From contig JAQGDQ010000084.1 in assembly GCA_030141605.1 (NCBI GenBank), forward strand, positions 186,001 through 250,000: a stretch of DNA of 64,000 bases. The letters run 5' to 3'. The translations under genes were made by a program, and so were the position numbers. Below, piece after piece: positions 52,471 through 64,000 of this stretch; within the stretch, counting starts at the first letter, position 1; each line of letters opens with the position of its first letter. The stretch comes from Tubiluchus corallicola. Taxonomy: Eukaryota > Animalia > Priapulida. The notes under the pieces were generated by a model. It ran no database searches. It saw nothing but the letters and a program-made list of their open reading frames with translations, and was not told the origin of the DNA.

Positions 52471-52530
52471 CAAAAAGCCTTTTGGAATGTTTGTATATGT
52501 AAACTGGTTGTATGTTTGTAAATTTTACCA

Positions 52531-52566
52531 CTGATGATGACAGCAGTAGTCAGTCGAAATGTTTAA
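52531..52566 (+). ncRNA. Degenerate Penelope-type minimal hammerhead ribozyme motif
   Basis: CTGATGA-t-GAC...GTC-GAAAtgtt followed by aataaa; stems I and III not convincingly intact. Confidence 0.35.
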
Positions 52567-52682
52567 CTACGTAAAGTAAAAGTTTAAATAAAGTTGTGGT
52601 TTTTTAATTATAAATGTTTTAAGTGTCTATAATAAAAATTGAAGTGGAAGCAGTTTTCTTAAAAAGCCTTTTTGTTACAATA

Positions 52683-53186
52683 CACTGTTCCTTCACTTAT
52701 CGTGATGTTCCGTTCCAGGTCCACCCATGATAAGTGAATTTCCGCGAAGTAGGGACGCTACACTTATTTTAGTAGTTATACACTATTTTAAATCTTTATA
52801 AACCCTCCCACAGTCTTGATATAACGAACCATAGATTCGTTGATCCCGTAATGGCGACCAACTGCAGCATACGATCTCCCGATCTTTGGTGTGTATTCAT
52901 CCGCCGAATAAACACACTATTTGGTAATTTTTTATGATTTATAATATTCTTTTAGTGTTAGAATTAATATTTTAATATATTTTGTGATTTTGTATGCAAA
53001 ATTCATCAAATCTGTACATTACTGTACAATACGTACTACGCATGTGCAAAAATACTTAAGACGGAGCACCGCAGAAACCCGCAAAACAGCGAAATACCGC
53101 AATAAATATTTTACATTAATATTTTTGAAAACCCACGAAACAGCGAGTCCGTGATAAACGAACCGCGAAGTAGCGAGGGAACACTG
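52683..53186. mobile_element. Tc1/pogo (Tigger)-like MITE
   Basis: TA|CACTGTTCC...GGGAACACTG|TA. Confidence 0.78.
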
Positions 53187-53449
53187 TATCTATGTTCAAT
53201 ATTATGTTCAAGTATTTGGTATGTAAAAGCTCCTGATTTGAATTGAAGTTGTATACTATACAGTGATTTCATTTCAGTTCAATTTTTTAACTCTGTATAA
53301 CACAAGTATTTTTTATTCGTATGTAAAGTCAACTGTCTGAGACAAAAGAAGCTTCTAGTGCAATGGCTTTTGAGAGTGTTTATCGAAATCGATTTTATTT
53401 TTTATCTTTGAAACTAATTTGGCACGTAGAATGTACATTGAATCTACAG

Positions 53450-53826
53450 TAGGGGTGAGCATTCTCTACCCGAAAGCGAATTCGAATCGAACCGAATTTT
53501 TGACTTTCGAATTCGAATCGAATCGAACTTCAGTGTTTCGAATTCGAACCGAATTCGAATTGAGATTGAACGATTTTCGAACTAGTTTTCGAACCACCAG
53601 TAAAAATTAGTCTTACAAAGATCATGCATATCACTAGATTTTGTTCTGCAATAAAACGACTAGTAATTTGCTTAAAGTTGTGCGCAGAAATAACAACTAA
53701 ATTATGTTAATTGCATGATGTTTCAATCGTTTTAATGATCAGGAACATATGTGATTGAAGTGCTGAATTATTCGAATCTATAGTTTTGGATTCGAATCGA
53801 ATTCGAGCGTTCGACGCTCACCCCTA
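53450..53826. mobile_element. hAT-like MITE family C
   Basis: Perfect TIR; 8-bp TSD atctacag/ttctacag. Confidence 0.85.
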
Positions 53827-53886
53827 TTCTACAGAGTTTTAACTTCGAGTGAATGGAAAAGTAGTTAATTTTTTTTTGTCAAAGTA

Positions 53887-54260
53887 CAGTAAGTCCTCGC
53901 TTAACGACGCTCGTTCCAGCAAAATGTCGTTAAACGAAAGCAAAACTTCCATAAAAAGTAATGTAAAAGAATTGAGATATGTTCCAGAGACAAAAATCAA
54001 TGCCTCTTAAATCTTGTAATTTACTCTGATTAATGTTATACTCTTATATTTTTACTGATTAATGTCTTCCTGTTTGCCCGAAACCACCTCTATATTTTTC
54101 TTACCAATACCTAACTATAGCGGTTTTTCTTTCATTAAGGTTAAATCCTAATCAGTGGTTAAACAATAAACACTGCAGAGTCAAAACCAAACCCTGGGGC
54201 ATCCTCTTGTCATTAAAACGAAACGACGCTAAATGGGAGTCATGAAGCGAGGACTCACTG
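53887..54260. mobile_element. Tc1/pogo-like MITE (CAGTAAGTCC TIR)
   Basis: ta|cagtaagtcctcgctt...aagcgaggactcactg|ta. Confidence 0.8.
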
Positions 54261-54308
54261 TAGCTTTAATTGTTGTGCAATTTATGCTGAATGTATGTCT
54301 GTGTTTAG

Positions 54309-54443
54309 GAGTGCCAAGAGAGCTAGACTACGACGATATTAAAAAGGAGCTGCTTGGGCTTCCTAATGTTGAAAATGTACATAATCTGAACTTGTGGATT
54401 CTTACCATGAACAGGAATGCTTGCTCTGTACATATTGCTGTCG
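54309..54443 (+). CDS. SLC30A2: ZnT coding exon 6: cytosolic domain
   Basis: tgtttag|GA...GTCG|gtaagc; VPRELDYDDIKKELL...VHNLNLWILTMNRNACSVHIAV. Confidence 0.95.
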
Positions 54444-54547
54444 GTAAGCAAAACGGTTAATTTGTAATGACTAATGGCTAATTATTGCTTGGTCATTACC
54501 GTGTGCGCGTGTCTTTTCAAATGCTGGACAGCATCCTGCTTGTAGCT

Positions 54548-54614
54548 GTGTGGTGTAGTAGTTGGTATGGCTGCCCAAAACACACAGGACCTGAGTTCAA
54601 TCCCCACTGGAGTC
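54548..54614 (+). mobile_element. Degenerate tRNA-derived SINE head
   Basis: A-box-like tggtgtagtagttgg and B-box-like gagttcaatccc; no intact cloverleaf. Confidence 0.45.
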
Positions 54615-56638
54615 TTTAAGCCTTTTAGTTACTTCACTTTTAATTGAATAGGGAGGTGCCAATAACTGCACTTTCAGTAAAGTTTCATTTTTGTTGAAAA
54701 TTATTGAGTTTTTTTGCCCAAACTTTCAGTAATTTTCCGTAGCATTTTTCCGAGATTTAGTAGTATATATTCAGCTTGCCCATTATTTCTCCTAGATGTT
54801 AAAAATCGACGAAAATTTTTTTTTAAAATAGTTCAAATAAAGCGTAAATATCGTTTATTTAAGTTTTTGTACCATTTGTAGCATGCTTTTTACGACAATG
54901 CTGACGACTGTGAAGCTTTAAAGTCTCCAGGCACAGTCAATCAATGTATCAAAGCTCAGTTTGAATAAAACCAAGTTGAATTGATAATTTGTGAAATACA
55001 GGCAACAAAAAATGTCTACAAAATAAAATTTGTCAAGTTTTTTGAAGCATCAAGATCTTTAACCATAAACATTGTTCTACTTTTTTGGTTAAGATTTTTT
55101 TGCCTAGCTACTTCATCAAACTTGTGTCAGAGAAACAAAGGCAGGCAAGCAAACACTAAGTATTTTATTTATTTCAGGATTTTCAGTTTTGATAGTGGTA
55201 GTCCATTTTGCAAAAATGATTTCGGTTCCAGTATCGGTTTCCTAATGTTTCACCAATTTCAGTTTCGGTTCATTATTTCAATTTTGGTAACATCCCTGGT
55301 TATGAAGTAACGTATATTTGTCAAAAGTAACGAATATCAGTACAGATCATGGCACTTAATATTGTTTTTGTGGACGATCACAGATGTAGGGCTTATTTGT
55401 ACAGCATTGCTGGAAAATAATACTTTTTTACACAAACTTTTTGTAGGTCAACTGCTTGGTAGGTCACCTGAAGTCAGGTCCAGTGTTTTAAAGACAGACC
55501 TCTACCCTCATTTTCTTTATTAGATGTTCCAGTTATGGAAATTATCTACTTGAGTTCCAACTGTCAAGGTTTTAGCCCATTCTTTTGTACCAGGCAGACA
55601 TGCTGCCGACATAAATGTAGACTGGGTGGCGTACGGTTCAAAGTCACACACATAATTCTTTCTTGTATCTTACACTAGTCGCGCACTTTCAACATAAAAA
55701 ATTGACCGAGGTCGCCAATTGTAATTTTCTATTTGCGCCGAGTCTGTATCGATACCATGCAATTTCGTTAGCTTCTTAATGTAATACACTGCGCATGACA
55801 AAGATGTACTTTGGTGGAATGATCATTTGACAACAAAAATTTAACTCTTAATGACAAGAATAGCAATAACTAAGAAAAATATCAGGTGGTTAAAGGGTGG
55901 ACTTGATGAACATAATTTTGGACACAATGGACATAACTTTTAGCATCCATTCACTAAACTGATGGACATATTCTGGTGGATGTGATACGTGTCTATTTAC
56001 TATTTTAATGGACTTATTAGTCGTAATTTTGTATGCAAAGTTGAACGTCCGTCTAAGCCCACGTGATTTTTATTTTGACTGAGTCCATCGCGTCCATATT
56101 ACAAGCGACATAGTGTATGTTTAGTTCGACAGCCATTGCCTCGAGTTAAAAGACAAGAAAATGGCCAACCAAAGTAAGCTTCAGAAAATTCGCAATTAAA
56201 CATCATATCACCTAAGTATAATCTTAAGCGAGTAAGTACACACTTCGCACTTACTCCAATTTTTGTAAAATATTTCAATCTCTGCCTTTAACGTTGGCGC
56301 AGACATGTTTCATTTAGTCCGCCAATTGAGAAGCCAGCATTTGACATCACTCGAACACAGTCGCAGTGAGTTCTGAGCACGTGTACTATAAAGATTTGTG
56401 TTGTGGTTCCGTGACGCCATGTAATATGGTACTGCCGTGACAGTCTCGCGGGAGTATTTAAAATGAAAACAAACAGGAAATTCTTTTAACGTGAGTATGA
56501 TAAACGCTTAAGATTGTCTCTAACCGTTATAGTTCTTCAGCAAAAGTTTTCTGAGACTTGCTTTAACTAGGCCTTTTCTTGTCATTTAAACAATTGTTTT
56601 TTATCTATTGTTAAAATATTATTATTTTTATCTACTAG

Positions 56639-56787
56639 GAGGCGACATAGATCAAGCCAAGATCATGACGAAGGCGACCCGTGTGCTACGCGAAAAGTAC
56701 GCCATCACACAAACTACCATACAGGTGGAACGATACGATGCAACCATCATGGCTACATGTCAACAATGCATTGGTCCGTCAGTGTAG
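56639..56787 (+). CDS. SLC30A2: ZnT coding exon 7: C-terminus
   Basis: tctactag|GA; GDIDQAKIMTKATRVLREKYAITQTTIQVERYDATIMATCQQCIGPSV* (absent from the ORF track). Confidence 0.93.
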
Positions 56788-59700
56788 CTAATGATCCGAT
56801 TTGATACATCAAACTGAACATTATGGCATGATTTGATGTCACGATGCACGGATGTGGTGATACATTTCTAGATGTTTGGGTGTTATTTTATGAAATCATG
56901 ATCAGTGTGGCTTATAAAATCATGATCAGTGTGGCTTAAAGATTAGATGTAACAGCAGCAACTCCACAAATCAACGTTCGTAGGAGTTGACCATGTTGAA
57001 ATATTGTTGAATAGTGTTTTTATTGCAAATCCGCTTTCCTGTAGCCATGTTATGTAGTTAATCTAGCTTGTCTTAACTGTAAACATCTTAAATTTAGCTG
57101 TTTACTGATGTACGTAAATCTTAAATGATGATAGTATCGTGTTGCACACGAGGAAGCAAACAAACACGCAATAGCTTGGCATTTAATCGTGCATGTAAAA
57201 CTGGTTATTGTCGTATCGCAGTAGCAATCATTACGTAACCGCTTGACCAGTTGTGGTCAACGGGAATATGAGTTTGTTTAGTTTAAGGCATGATTAGCTG
57301 ACCCTTTTCGTTGTCAAGGACATGTAACAGTGGTACATAAGCGAGACGTAGACGTGTCTTCGCGACTTTGGCAACTATCCAAAAATGCCCAATGGTCATC
57401 GAACATTTGACATAAGTTCGTCAGGCGGTCGTAAAACAACCGCGAGTATTTGCCATTGTCGCAAAAAGGTCGCCGGTTTCGGAAATTTTTTTAGAACGTT
57501 TAAAGTTTGTCGCTGGAGTCGCAGAACTTACCGCTTCGTCAAAATTTGCAGAACAGTCGTAAAGTCGTGTGCCGAATGTTCGCATGTTTGTCGCAAATTA
57601 TTCCCGATGTTCATCGACAATTTCGGAATTCGCGAAAACTTGGCGAACATTTTTCAACACTTTCGAGAATTTCGCACTGATTTTGTGACATTTTGGCAGA
57701 CCGGGGTTTTTTTCTGCGGAAATCCGCGAAACGATCGCAACGTACTCGCACGAATGCTGGGCAGTATTTGTCTCGTCGCAGAAGTCACCAGACGCGTCGT
57801 GCAAAGTTTGTGCAACATTCTCACAAATTAAACTTCCGTACCAATAATTTCACATAAATCAAATAAACAATTATATTCTCTTTCAGTGTTTTGTGCAATA
57901 GATTTTTTTTAGATATAGTTTATGGAGGCAACGCTGCTGCCTCCATGTTGAAGAATTTGCTTATACTCTTGTAACCATGAAAAATTTCACGTGTTAGCAT
58001 TGGCAGTGATTTAATGTGCTTAATACAATTGTTGAACTTAATGACTAGAACTGCATTTGAACTAGTATGCATGAGTTTCTTAAACAGAGTTTGTTTCCTG
58101 CACTACAGAAGGAAATAAATGATAATTAGTTCTTCAAAGATGCACTTTCATTTCATTGAATGGAAAAAATTAAATGACGATGCTCTACAAGAAGACTGGA
58201 TTTTAGCTAAAAAATTTGTATATTCTTATGCAGACAAAAAATGCCATTTTTTATTGAAAAGGAATTACTTTACATGGTATACAGTAATTCGTTTCTCTCG
58301 ATTTTTGTGGAATTTTAGTGTTTTGTAAATCTTGTATGCATCGTTATAGCTTAATTTGCTCAATCCTCATTTCAAAAATGGTACCTTAAAGTTTGGGAAA
58401 ATGTCTTGTTTAGCTTTCCAAAGTTTATAAAACGTTTATGGAAAATGTTATCTTACGAATACAAGGGCTGAGCATTCTCTACCAGAAAGAGAATTCGAAT
58501 CGAATGCGACTTTCAAACTCGATTTAAACCAAATCTTAGTATGCTAGGGCTGAGCATTCTCTACCAGAAAGAGAATTCGAATCGAATGCGACTTTCAAAC
58601 TCTATTCAAACCAAATTTTAGTATTTTGAATTCAAATTGAGTTTGAAATATTTTCAAACAAGTTTTGGAACCAGTAGCAAAAAGTGGTCTTACAAAGATC
58701 ATGCATATTACTTGGATGTTATTCTGCAGTAAAACCTCTATTAGTTTATCTCTAAATTTTATACAGAACCTGCAGCTAAATTGTGCTAATTGCATGCTGT
58801 TTCAAACATTTTAACGATAAAGAATGTATGTGGCTGAAATCCCAAATTATTCGAATCTATAACTCTAGGTTCAAATTGAATTCGAACTTAGAAAACTCGT
58901 TCAAATTGAATTCGAATGTCCGTTCTTAAAAAACTTGTTCGAATTGAATTCGAATGTCCGTTCGAACTCGAACGTTCGATGCTCACGCCTAAAGATACCT
59001 ATGGGTGTTTGTCTATACGTAATATCTACATCTGTTTTGATGTATAATAGGTTAATGTTACCATTAAAGTGTATTTTATACATAGCCATTAAGCACGATT
59101 GCTACTATTGTTTATAATTAATGTTGTAAATGTAATACTGTATGTGTGCCAAAAATGTACAGGTACTAGTTTATTGTATTTATGATTACTGTAGTCACAC
59201 ACAGATGTTTAAAATTATTTTAGATCTCGTGATTTAGACCTTGTGATTTTTCACGAAGATGAGTGGCTTGGATTCATAGTCTAATGAGCCTTTTCACAGT
59301 TGCAGAGATTAATGACGACCGCAAAAAGGTTAAAGGTTAAGTGTATCAGACAACGCATTTCTCGAGCAAGATCCTGGCCAGTAAATCACTCTATGGACAG
59401 ACAAGGTCATAATTAAGTGGAAGTCCACATAAAACAGCTGAAGTTACTGAACAGGTGTAGCAGACGGCTTTGCTTCACCCACACGTCACGTGACAGTTGC
59501 AGTCAAGATGCTTTGCTGTGGTACACTTAACCTTTGACCTACAGCAGCTGAGCATGTGCACGACGAAACTGTGAAAATACTTATTCACTCTTCACATGTA
59601 TTATACGATTTCTGTCCGTTGCCATGTATTGCATGTATTTTCCTGACAAATTCATAAAATTCTGCATAAGCCTGTGCCAGTGGTGACAATTGTGGCAGGT

Positions 59701-59902
59701 GGTTTGCATAAGCCTGTGCCAGTGGTGACAATTGTGGCAGGGGGTATGCAGATTTGAAGAGTAAGGCAAACAAAACAGTTTGTTTAATGTCATCTTGCTA
59801 CGTGTAAAAAATTTTCATTTTCCATGAATTGTGTTTGCAATTGGTATATTAATCAGCAGTGCATTCCAAGCACGACATTCTGCGTATTATATAGTGAGAG
59901 TT

Positions 59903-60370
59903 AAAGGAGGAGAAAGGTAAAGTATGTCCCAAAAAAACTTTCCACTCAGAGTTATGTTACTTTGCATTACTTTTACATTGTTTGAAAGACTTGCATAACT
60001 AGAAAAGAAAGTTCTTAGTAATTTAAAATATTCTCGCTACCTGGTAAAATGTCACTGACTCACCTTCCCAGTGTGCACCACTGGCTCAACAATACACATT
60101 ATTGAGCTTATTGACTATATAAAGTAACTTAAGCTCTTGCTTAGTTAGTTAGCAAAGAGTGCGCTACTTATGCTCTGATTATATTTTAAAACTTTTTGCA
60201 ATGTTTTTTAAACTTTGATTCAAATGACTTAGCATCAAAATGGCTGTGCCTAACAGTCATCGTAGGAGTTTTCAAGTTTTTTACAGCATTGCTACTAATG
60301 CAAACCCTGTATGCAATAAGACTGCATGTAAGTGATGCAAGATCTCAAGAAAATTTTTTTAGCTTTATCT
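59903..60370. mobile_element. Kolobok-like repeat; relatives near 41000-41450, 11519-11950 and 8740-8840
   Basis: TTAA|AGGAG.. terminus; shared aaatgtcactga.tcac.ttcccagtgtgca. Confidence 0.5.
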
Positions 60371-60709
60371 AGGGTTTTCTTGTTCTTTAAATTGTCAGAA
60401 TTAAGTTACACAATCCAATTTTTGGTTTCTTTGGTGCCAAATGTTGATTTATTGCTGCAAAGTCCTTTAATTACATATAAACTCATTTTCTATCCTTCTA
60501 CTGTACATAAGTATAACTTCTTATTGTGATTATGATATAAATCTGTGTTATAAAACTATTATGCAGTTATAATATTATTATTACTATTAATGTAAAAAAT
60601 GTTAACTATTAGTAATTTTATAACATTAAAAATTATTATTATATTTTAATATGTTAGTTGTTGAGGAATTGTGTTTTCGTTCATGTCAACATTTCAGTGA
60701 TTATAATTT

Positions 60710-61121
60710 AGCTATTAATTAAATTTTTTAATAACGAGAAATTACATATTTCAATAGTTTGTAAATCAAGACAGATTTATTACGCGTAATGCGTAAATTT
60801 CCCATTTCTGGTTAAGCTTAATAAAATTGTATAGCCTTATAAACCATTGAAATTTCCCATTTCTGGTTATGGCTTTACAAACTATTGAAATTTCCCATTT
60901 CTGGTTACGCGTAATAAAATTGTATTGCTTTACAAACTATTGAAATTTCCCATTTCTGGTTACGTGTAATAAATCTGTATTGCTTTACAAACTGTTGAAA
61001 TTTCCCATTTCTGGACAAACTATTGAAATTTCCCATTTCTGGTTACGCGTAATAAAATTGTATTGCTTTACAAACTATTGAAATTTCCCATTTCTGGTAT
61101 TAAATAAATTTAATTAATAGC
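60710..61121. repeat. Array of gaaatttcccatttctgg units with an inverted unit, bounded by a short inverted repeat
   Basis: About 7 copies of the core; gctattaattaaattt ... aaatttaattaatagc. Confidence 0.85.
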
Positions 61122-61489
61122 TAGGTAATCAGTTGTAATGACCACTGAATTCTGGTAAGGCAAATGCACCCCAACAGCAAATTTCTTATGTTGTCTAGTT
61201 TAAAATTACTTGACGACATTAAGACTAGTTTCTTAATGACCCGGATTACATTTTCTCAGAATTACGACGAGAAATAGCTCCGCTAAAATCAGCGGAGTCG
61301 AGCTTAACGAAATTTAGTTACATTTTGTTCTGGTAATGAAAATACAACACGCCTGGGTGCTGTTGCGGTCAGACAATTATAAATAAATAAAGAAGGTTTA
61401 GTTTTCTAAGTATTGTAGAAAGTCGCTAGAATTTAGTATGAAACGAAAACGTGATTGGACAAGGGATGTCGTGAGTTTAAGATATTTAA

Positions 61490-61762
61490 GATATGCTTTA
61501 TACAAGCAGGTGATGTAGGGTTGCCATCACTCCTGATATGCTTTATACAAGCAGGTGATGTAGGGTTGCCACCACTCCTGATATGCTTTATACAAGCAGG
61601 TGATGTAGGGTTGCCACCACTCCTGATATGCTTTATACGAGCAAGTGATGTAGGGTTGCCACCACTCCTGATATGCTTTATACAAGCAGGTGATGTAGGG
61701 TTGCCACCACTCCTGATATGCTTTACACAAGCAGGTGATGTAGGGTTGCCACCACTCCTGAT
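61490..61762. repeat. 45-bp tandem repeat, 6 copies
   Basis: gatatgctttatacaagcaggtgatgtagggttgccaccactcct. Confidence 0.95.
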
Positions 61763-62400
61763 TTAGTCTGGTTTCTATTGAAATTCGACCATAAATTCGT
61801 AGTTTCGGTTGGATTTGTCAAAAATTCTGAAATCTCTTGATTTCGATGTTTGAAATTTAAGTGGAAGAAAGCTGAGCTACAACCTTGACCTACAACTATT
61901 GAAATTTTGCAAAAGATTAAGCCAAAAATCTTTGTTAATTAAGGTAACAATAAACTTATTAAATTAAGTTTAAACGGTTACATGGCTTCATCGTTTCACC
62001 CCGTCTACATTTTTCGTCAATTTTTGCTGCAGCAGCAAAAGCTGCAAATCAAGTATTCATCCACTTTAGCTTTAATTCACATGACGTAAAGGTGCTTAAT
62101 AATTTGATTGCTAATCAGATCCCAGAAACCTCAGAAAACGTGAGAAATGTGACTAGGCTTGGAAGAATTTACAAAAATTGTTTTACACTGCTTGCACTTT
62201 TGTAAGTTTTAGATTTTTAGGACTTTTTTAGACTCTAAAATCAGGCATTTTTACTAAGAATCTCTTCACTTTATAAAGACCTCGTAAAACATGTAAAATG
62301 CAGGAAATGTTTGGTTTTCGGGGCTCCACCGGGGAAGCTTAGAAGCCCCCTAGTTGACTCTTGTTTCCCAACTTTGGTTCATCGCGGAGTGGCAACCCTA
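61741..62400. mobile_element. hAT-like MITE (TAGGGTTGCCA TIR)
   Basis: tagggttgcca...tggcaacccta; flanks aggtgatg/acgtgatt. Confidence 0.72.
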
Positions 62401-62992
62401 ACGTGATTTATGTGCCTGTATTTGAATCGAAGAAATTTACTCAACTTTATCATTGTCAAGGGTACATCCTGTAATACTTTAGGCAAACCTGGCACGAGAT
62501 TTCATAGCAAACTAATACACCAAATCATAGTAGATAAAGTATTTTTACTTTTTCATATTATTTTCACTGTGATAGTAGAGGAAATTTATTTTTTATACTC
62601 CCTTCCTTTCTTTAGAGTTAGAAATATTAAAATTACAATGTCTTTAAATATTTAATTGTTAAAATAGTGCAGAGAATGTCGTTTTTCCAGTAAGTTAGTA
62701 ACAGTAAAAAACTAAAATTATATCGATTCTTACATACAGCACGTACAATTAGTCAAAGAAAATATTTATAATTAAGAATCTTATGATTATATACAAGAAA
62801 AATACTTATTTTTTACAATTTATACATACTACATGTACATTAATAGTAAATTATGGTAACACAAGAGAAAAATAAATATGTCAACGTAATTTACATGTAA
62901 AACAGTAAAAGTGGGAAAAATTTATGCAATATACGTAAAAATAACAATCGTCATTAGCATCAAAGACACGTGCTTCTGCAAGTAAGGACCGC

Positions 62993-63260
62993 GCACAGTA
63001 AAAGTGGCACAGGTAAAAATGGCACAGATCAAAATAGCACAGGTAAAAATGGCACAGATTAACATGGTACAGGTAAAAATGGTACAAATGGGAAAACGTG
63101 CAAGACTTATAAAATATAAGTTTAGAGTTAGCTAGGGTTACTATGAGGGATAAACATTTTCAATAATTTTGCCTCTGCCATGGTAGTTATGCTTGAACAC
63201 TATTTCTCTGTAGCACTAACCCTATTATGCAAAAACTACCGAACATATTTCCACGAAACA
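62993..63260 (+). mobile_element. Partial third copy of the foldback/HINE composite
   Basis: (aaaatggcacag)n followed by cctctgccatggtagttatgcttgaacac. Confidence 0.55.
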
Positions 63261-63541
63261 TTTTTTTTTGCATAAACATATTTTGTTACTCTCAGAATTA
63301 ACAATAAAGCTTTACAAGTGCTTAACTAACTTTTTCTGAGGTAATAAATTAAACTTGACGCACAGGAGAAAGTTCACAAATATATCGTAATGATGCCGTA
63401 GACAAAAATAGTGAAATTACATAGGTAAACTATGGCATTTTACAAGTCATTACAGCGTAGAATATCCAAAGTGGTTTCTTAGTTCCTGTACTTATTGCTT
63501 GTTTCTGTCAGTAGAGCTTTATTAATAGATAATGGTAAGGC

Positions 63542-63964
63542 CAGGGGCGTATTAACCAATAGGCTGTGTAAGCTATAGTCTAGCGCGCCAAAGTTTGAGA
63601 GCGCCACATTTTAAAAGAAATTCTTATTGTCCTCAGAAAATGTGAATACTTTCATATTCATGCAAAAGGCGTATTTTATAACACACCACAGGCAATTTGT
63701 GAGCTCACCGCTTTTATAAGTGCCACATAACGAACACGTATTGCAGTTGAGCAGCTTGCTTGAATGTAATCGCTATACCAAGAAATGTATTTAATAATGA
63801 CCACCGGGAACCTACGTTAATGGTGTTTCTAATACACCAAAAGTAATTGTTCATTCTTCTCATTACATAAATAAACAAAAATTCGCAATAGATAGGAACA
63901 ATATTCACAATGGGCTGGACAGAACTATCAGCCTAGAGCGTCTTAAAGCGTTGATACGCCCCTG
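63542..63964. mobile_element. hAT-like MITE
   Basis: CAGGGGCGTAT...ATACGCCCCTG with a perfect 8-bp TSD ggtaaggc. Confidence 0.88.
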
Positions 63965-64000
63965 GGTAAGGCATCCCAATCATATATAAGTAATTTCATT

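Larger units (their letters stand above)
42094..56787 (+). other. SLC30A2: Gene span: CDF-family zinc exporter, ZnT2/ZnT3/ZnT8-like. CDS join: 42094-42625, 45073-45219, 47619-47772, 50213-50399, 51703-51808, 54309-54443, 56639-56787 (1410 nt, 469 aa).
   Basis: Seven exons with GT-AG introns and compatible phases, ATG to TAG. Contains HCH, DAAHMLSD (TM2), IHVIGD (TM5), ADPICT, LMEGVP, TIQVE and a C-terminal CxxC. Confidence 0.95.

Noticed and set aside
54548-54614. tRNA gene
   Set aside because: Only degenerate A/B boxes and no complete cloverleaf; treated as a SINE relic.
57385-57831. 148-aa ORF downstream of ZnT
   Set aside because: No recognisable domain or splice context; CpG-rich, MITE-like sequence.
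61455-61766. 103-aa ORF or CRISPR-like repeat
   Set aside because: A 45-bp tandem repeat at a MITE junction with no spacers.

Overview
AT-rich, intron-rich, repeat-dense genomic DNA from an animal, most likely an invertebrate; it is not prokaryotic. Two spliced zinc-transporter genes of opposite function lie head-to-head. On the minus strand is a LIV-1-subfamily ZIP importer (SLC39A10/SLC39A6/foi-like) with 9 coding exons traced from 21887 down to 4947; its ATG exon was not located and its last exon probably lies left of the window. On the plus strand is a complete ZnT2/3/8-type CDF exporter (SLC30A) with 7 coding exons at 42094-56787, 469 aa. The rest is mostly non-autonomous DNA transposons (hAT, hATw, piggyBac, Tc1/pogo, Harbinger-, Kolobok- and Helentron-like), three LTRs of one family, LINE 3' fragments, an R2-like N-terminal fragment and minisatellites. 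The best candidate for something new is the divergent ZIP/ZnT pair with a cluster of six co-oriented MRE cores spread over an old inverted duplication just upstream of ZnT. Family assignments come from motif recognition by eye, without database searches, and many repeat boundaries are approximate.
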